From Eledone cirrhosa (lineage: Eukaryota): 64,000 nucleotides of DNA. Below, one piece after another: positions 60,267 to 64,000 of the stretch. The translations under genes were made by a program, and so were the position numbers. Every line of letters starts with the position of its first letter. Position 1 is the first letter of the stretch. The notes under the pieces were generated by a model. It saw nothing but the letters and a program-made list of their open reading frames with translations, did no database searches and was not told where the DNA came from. The stretch covers positions 7,130,001 to 7,194,000 of the forward strand of contig OZ024761.1 of NCBI GenBank assembly GCA_964016885.1. The letters run 5' to 3'.

Positions 60267-60418
60267 GTTATCGCTCGCACTAATTTTAGGTATCTAGTCT
60301 TTAATGTAAAGAAATACCAATGATAATCAGCAGACTACTGATGAAGGACATTCCTGTTTCTCAGTCTATTTTCATTCATATGTTCACATTCGCAACAACG
60401 CAGCACGCCATTTTTTCA

Positions 60419-60452
<34 letters not shown>

Positions 60453-61979
60453 CAAGAGGGAGCTTATAGTTAGGAGAACACACTGTTTTTTGTGGGGGTA
60501 AGTTTTTACTAATTTTCGTGGAGATGACGAAGGACCGTGACGAGTGGAGAGATGCTGTGCTGAATAAGACCCGTCCCACCCTTGCAAGCAGGAAAAAGTG
60601 GACATAAAATGATGATGATAATGATGATGATGATTAACCTGAACGTATTTTCGTTGTTTTGGCAGATTATGTGACTATGTCCCCTAGCCACAGTTTTCCA
60701 TTTGTCACGCTATCTAACGTATGTTACTCTAAGGTGTAGCCTATCAATTTATCAATACATTCTTACGGAGTGCTTCGTGGAAACCTAATTGTTACTTCGT
60801 GGGTTTGGCCACCTGCTATAATTTCGATTTTACTAACCTTCCACTTATATATATATATATATCCAAAATTAAATTACAGGTGTCATGTCCGAGAGACATG
60901 CGCCATTCCCACTGTAGAATATGATCAAAGATTCCAATGGATAGCTCCGAGGATTTTATATCAACTAGAAATTGATTGACATATATATATATATCTAAAA
61001 TAAACATATGAAACAATCACAGGGAATAATTTGTAAAGTGTGTAAGCACACACAGCTAATTAGGTAACTAATTAAGGTTTAACTAGAACTTTAAATATAG
61101 ATACCTTTTAAAATGATTAATCTTCCTTGTATATATTTCATTAAAGAAATATATTTCACCATCTCCCTTGTTGAAAATCCGGGATTTGACCACTGTGATT
61201 TACCGATTGGCATTTTTATCCCTCCTTTCTGAAACAGTACAGAGAAGTATGGAATACCTCGGCCTGGGGATGGTGTCTACATTTTGTGCTTAAAAAAAAA
61301 ATTTGTCGTAGATTACCAGGGGTTTAACTTAATTGGGTGCCTGAGAGTAAAATGTTCAACCCACAAAAGCCAAGACTATAGGGTTAAGTAAAAAGGCATT
61401 TGACAAACCGAACATGTATTTGTTGTGCTATGGTACAATGAAAGCAATAGTTACAGAGCAGTAAGCATGTGGGACTGCAGTGGTGGAGACTGCAATGAAG
61501 GAATTTAGTTGGATACTTTTAAGGTTACAGGCCCTAACGCAACCAAAATGCTAAACAATGCGGTCCCCGGGCAAAAATTCGAAATCTTTTTCAGTCAAGA
61601 TAATTTGTGATACGTAAGTAATGCATATGCAAAGTTTTTAAAAAATCAGTTGGGTACTTCTCAAGTTACAGGCCCTAACGCAACCAAAATGCTTCATAAA
61701 ATCGGTTTTTTGCCTAATGCGGTGCCTGGGGCAAAAAATGAGAAAATCTTTTTTGCTCAAAATACTTTAAACGACATAAGTAATGTAAATTTTGAAGAAA
61801 TCGCCTGGATTATTGTTCTGTTATGCCTCAAAAAACCCTTAAAACCGTTTTTGGCCTAAAGCGGTCCCTAGGGCATTGAAAATTTGAAATAATTTTTGCT
61901 CAAAACACTCACACGACCATAAGTATTACATGTGTAAAGTTTGAAAAAAATCGGTTGGGTGGTTCAGACAGACATTCTC

Positions 61980-62019
<40 letters not shown>

Positions 62020-62271
62020 TCATTTAACATGCATTTTCCATGCTAGCAAGGGTTTTCACAGACATGTTTCTCAAGCCTGTATCTCACATATCATCCCACA
62101 CTCTACTGACCTCTCAGATGGGCTGGAGGCCCCTGCATCTCATTTCCATACCACCCATCACTTTACCATCTGTTCAAGTCCCCAGACAGGCCTGTGACCC
62201 ACATCAGAGGAGAGATAAAGGTAATAATGTAATGAAATATTAGTTATAATGACACAGAAAGTAGAACTTAC

Positions 62272-62330
62272 ATCGAATGTCTAAGAATTCTGTGAGGAAA
62301 TTATCGCAGCCTCCAACACAGCCAACATAA
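62272..62330 (-). CDS. TOP3A: TOP3A internal exon (YVGCVGGCDNFLTEFLDIR)
   Basis: Polypyrimidine ...ctattccAG acceptor and GTAAGT donor; peptide matches the conserved xVGCIGGCD motif of topoisomerase III alpha; ends phase 1, compatible with the next exon. Confidence 0.88.
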
Positions 62331-62449
62331 CTGGAATAGAGAAAGAGAGGGAGATGGTAACAACTGATCCACTATTGGGGGAGAGGGAGAGTCTGTCAGA
62401 CAAAGAAAAGTGAGAGCATGGAAGAGAGAGAGAGAGGAAGACAGAAAGA

Positions 62450-63258
62450 ACCAAGTGTTCCCAGAGGCCAGGGGGTCAACAACAGAGATACATTTGACCC
62501 CAGGACTCTAAATGTTCCCAGAGGGTCAACAACACAGATACATTTGACCCTAGGACTCTACCAAATGTTCCCAGAGGGTCAACAACACAGATATATTTGA
62601 CCCCAGGACTCTACCAAATGTTCCCAGAGGGTCAACAACACAGATATATTTGACCCCAGGACTCTACCAAATGTTCCCAGAGGGTCAACAACACACATGC
62701 ATTTGACCCCAGGACTCTACCAAATGTTCCCAGAGGGTCAACAACACAGATACATTTGACCCCAGGACTCTACCAAATGTTCCCAGAGGGTCAACAACAC
62801 AGATATATTTGACCCCAGGACTCTACCAAATGTTCCCAGAGGGTCAACAACACAGATATATTTGACCCCAGGACTCTACCAAATGTTCCCAGAGGGTCAA
62901 CAACACAGATACATTTGACCCCAGGACTCTACCAAATGTTCCCAGAGGGTCAACAACACAGATATATTTGACCCCAGGACTCTACCAAATGTTCCCAGAG
63001 GGTCAACAACACAGATATATTTGACCCCAGGACTCTACCAAATGTTCCCAGAGGGTCAACAACACAGATATATTTGACCCCAGGACTCTACCAAATGTTC
63101 CCAGAGGGTCAACAACACAGATATATTTGACCCCAGGACTCTACCAAATGTTCCCAGAGGGTCAACAACACAGATATATTTGACCCCAGGACTCTACCAA
63201 ATGTTACCAGAGGGTCAACAACACAGATATATTTGACCCCAGGACTCTACCAAATGAT
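62450..63258. repeat. 53-bp minisatellite, ~15 copies
   Basis: Unit CCAAATGTTCCCAGAGGGTCAACAACACAGATATATTTGACCCCAGGACTCTA. Confidence 0.97.
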
Positions 63259-63559
63259 AATCAAAAGAAAACTATATTTACTCTGTCGGAATCATGGGTG
63301 GCACGTCTCCTGGTCGGAATTTGAACCGTAACAAATGGACCGGTCCTGGTTGACACTGGAAAGAGGAGACATAAGGAATATATTAGACAGGTGGCGGTTG
63401 ACATTGGGAGGGGGAGGTATTGGGGTTGGGGTGGCGCGATATTGGGGTGGGGGGTATTGGCGGAGAGGTATTGGGGTGTATTAGGAGGGGGTATGGGGAC
63501 ACTGGGGGGACACGTGGGGGGGGGGGGGATTGTTACATGTTTCTATGACAACCAGTACA

Positions 63560-64000
63560 TCACCAGCACTACCACCACCATCACCTCTCCCCCACCATCA
63601 CTACAGCTACCATCACCCCTCCCCCACCACCATCATTACTACCACTACTATCACCCCTCCCCCACTATCACTACCACCACCATCATCATCATCATCAACA
63701 ACACTAACATTATCACCACAACTACCAACATCATCATCCCCACCACCATTACCAACATTTTCACCACCATCACTACCACCACCACCACCACTACCACCAA
63801 CATCACCACCACAACCACCACCAACATCACCACCACAACCACCACCACCACCACTACCACCAACATCACCACCACAACCACCACCACCACTACCACCACT
63901 ACAACCACCAATACCACCACCACCAACAACAACGCCACCACCACCACTACCACCACCAACCAATAACACCACCACCACCACCACCACTACACCACACCAC
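63560..64000. repeat. (CAC/CAA/CAT)n trinucleotide low-complexity tract
   Basis: Seen directly; gives poly-T, poly-V and poly-G ORFs. Confidence 0.95.

Noticed and set aside
60330-60370. CTGATGA hammerhead core candidate
   Set aside because: No downstream GAAA/stem III/NUH arrangement found.
62450-63258. CRISPR-like array of palindromic repeats
   Set aside because: Units are identical with no unique spacers, there are no cas genes, and the context is a eukaryotic intron.
63391-63987. Thr-rich, Gly-rich and Val-rich ORFs
   Set aside because: Trinucleotide low-complexity sequence with no splice or homology support.

Overview
AT-rich animal genomic DNA; the RTE LINEs with (GAT)n tails, tRNA-derived and Nin-domain SINEs, and very long (TA)n tracts suggest an octopus-type cephalopod (inference). 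The only clear host gene is the 3' end of DNA topoisomerase III alpha (TOP3A) on the minus strand: seven phase-compatible exons from 62330 down to the stop at 43252, encoding two GRF zinc fingers and a terminal CCHC knuckle. The rest is mostly transposon debris (Penelope-like RT, RTE LINEs, an R4/Dong-like element, piggyBac, mariner, Helitron-like elements, SINEs), micro- and minisatellites, a 200-N gap, and a ~6.87 kb unit repeated three times (~6.7-27.1 kb). Most notable: (1) minimal hammerhead-ribozyme motifs in tandem 160-nt and inverted arrangement at 30.3-31.3 kb; (2) a ~195 bp TA-flanked element whose palindrome looks like a folded-back half-hammerhead, with co-varying arms in its two copies; (3) a TATA / short exon / intron / 52-nt exon module repeated in both orientations inside the triplicated unit; (4) many long inverted repeats in TOP3A introns. 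Most long ORFs in the track are microsatellite artefacts. Coordinates were read by eye; repeat boundaries are approximate.
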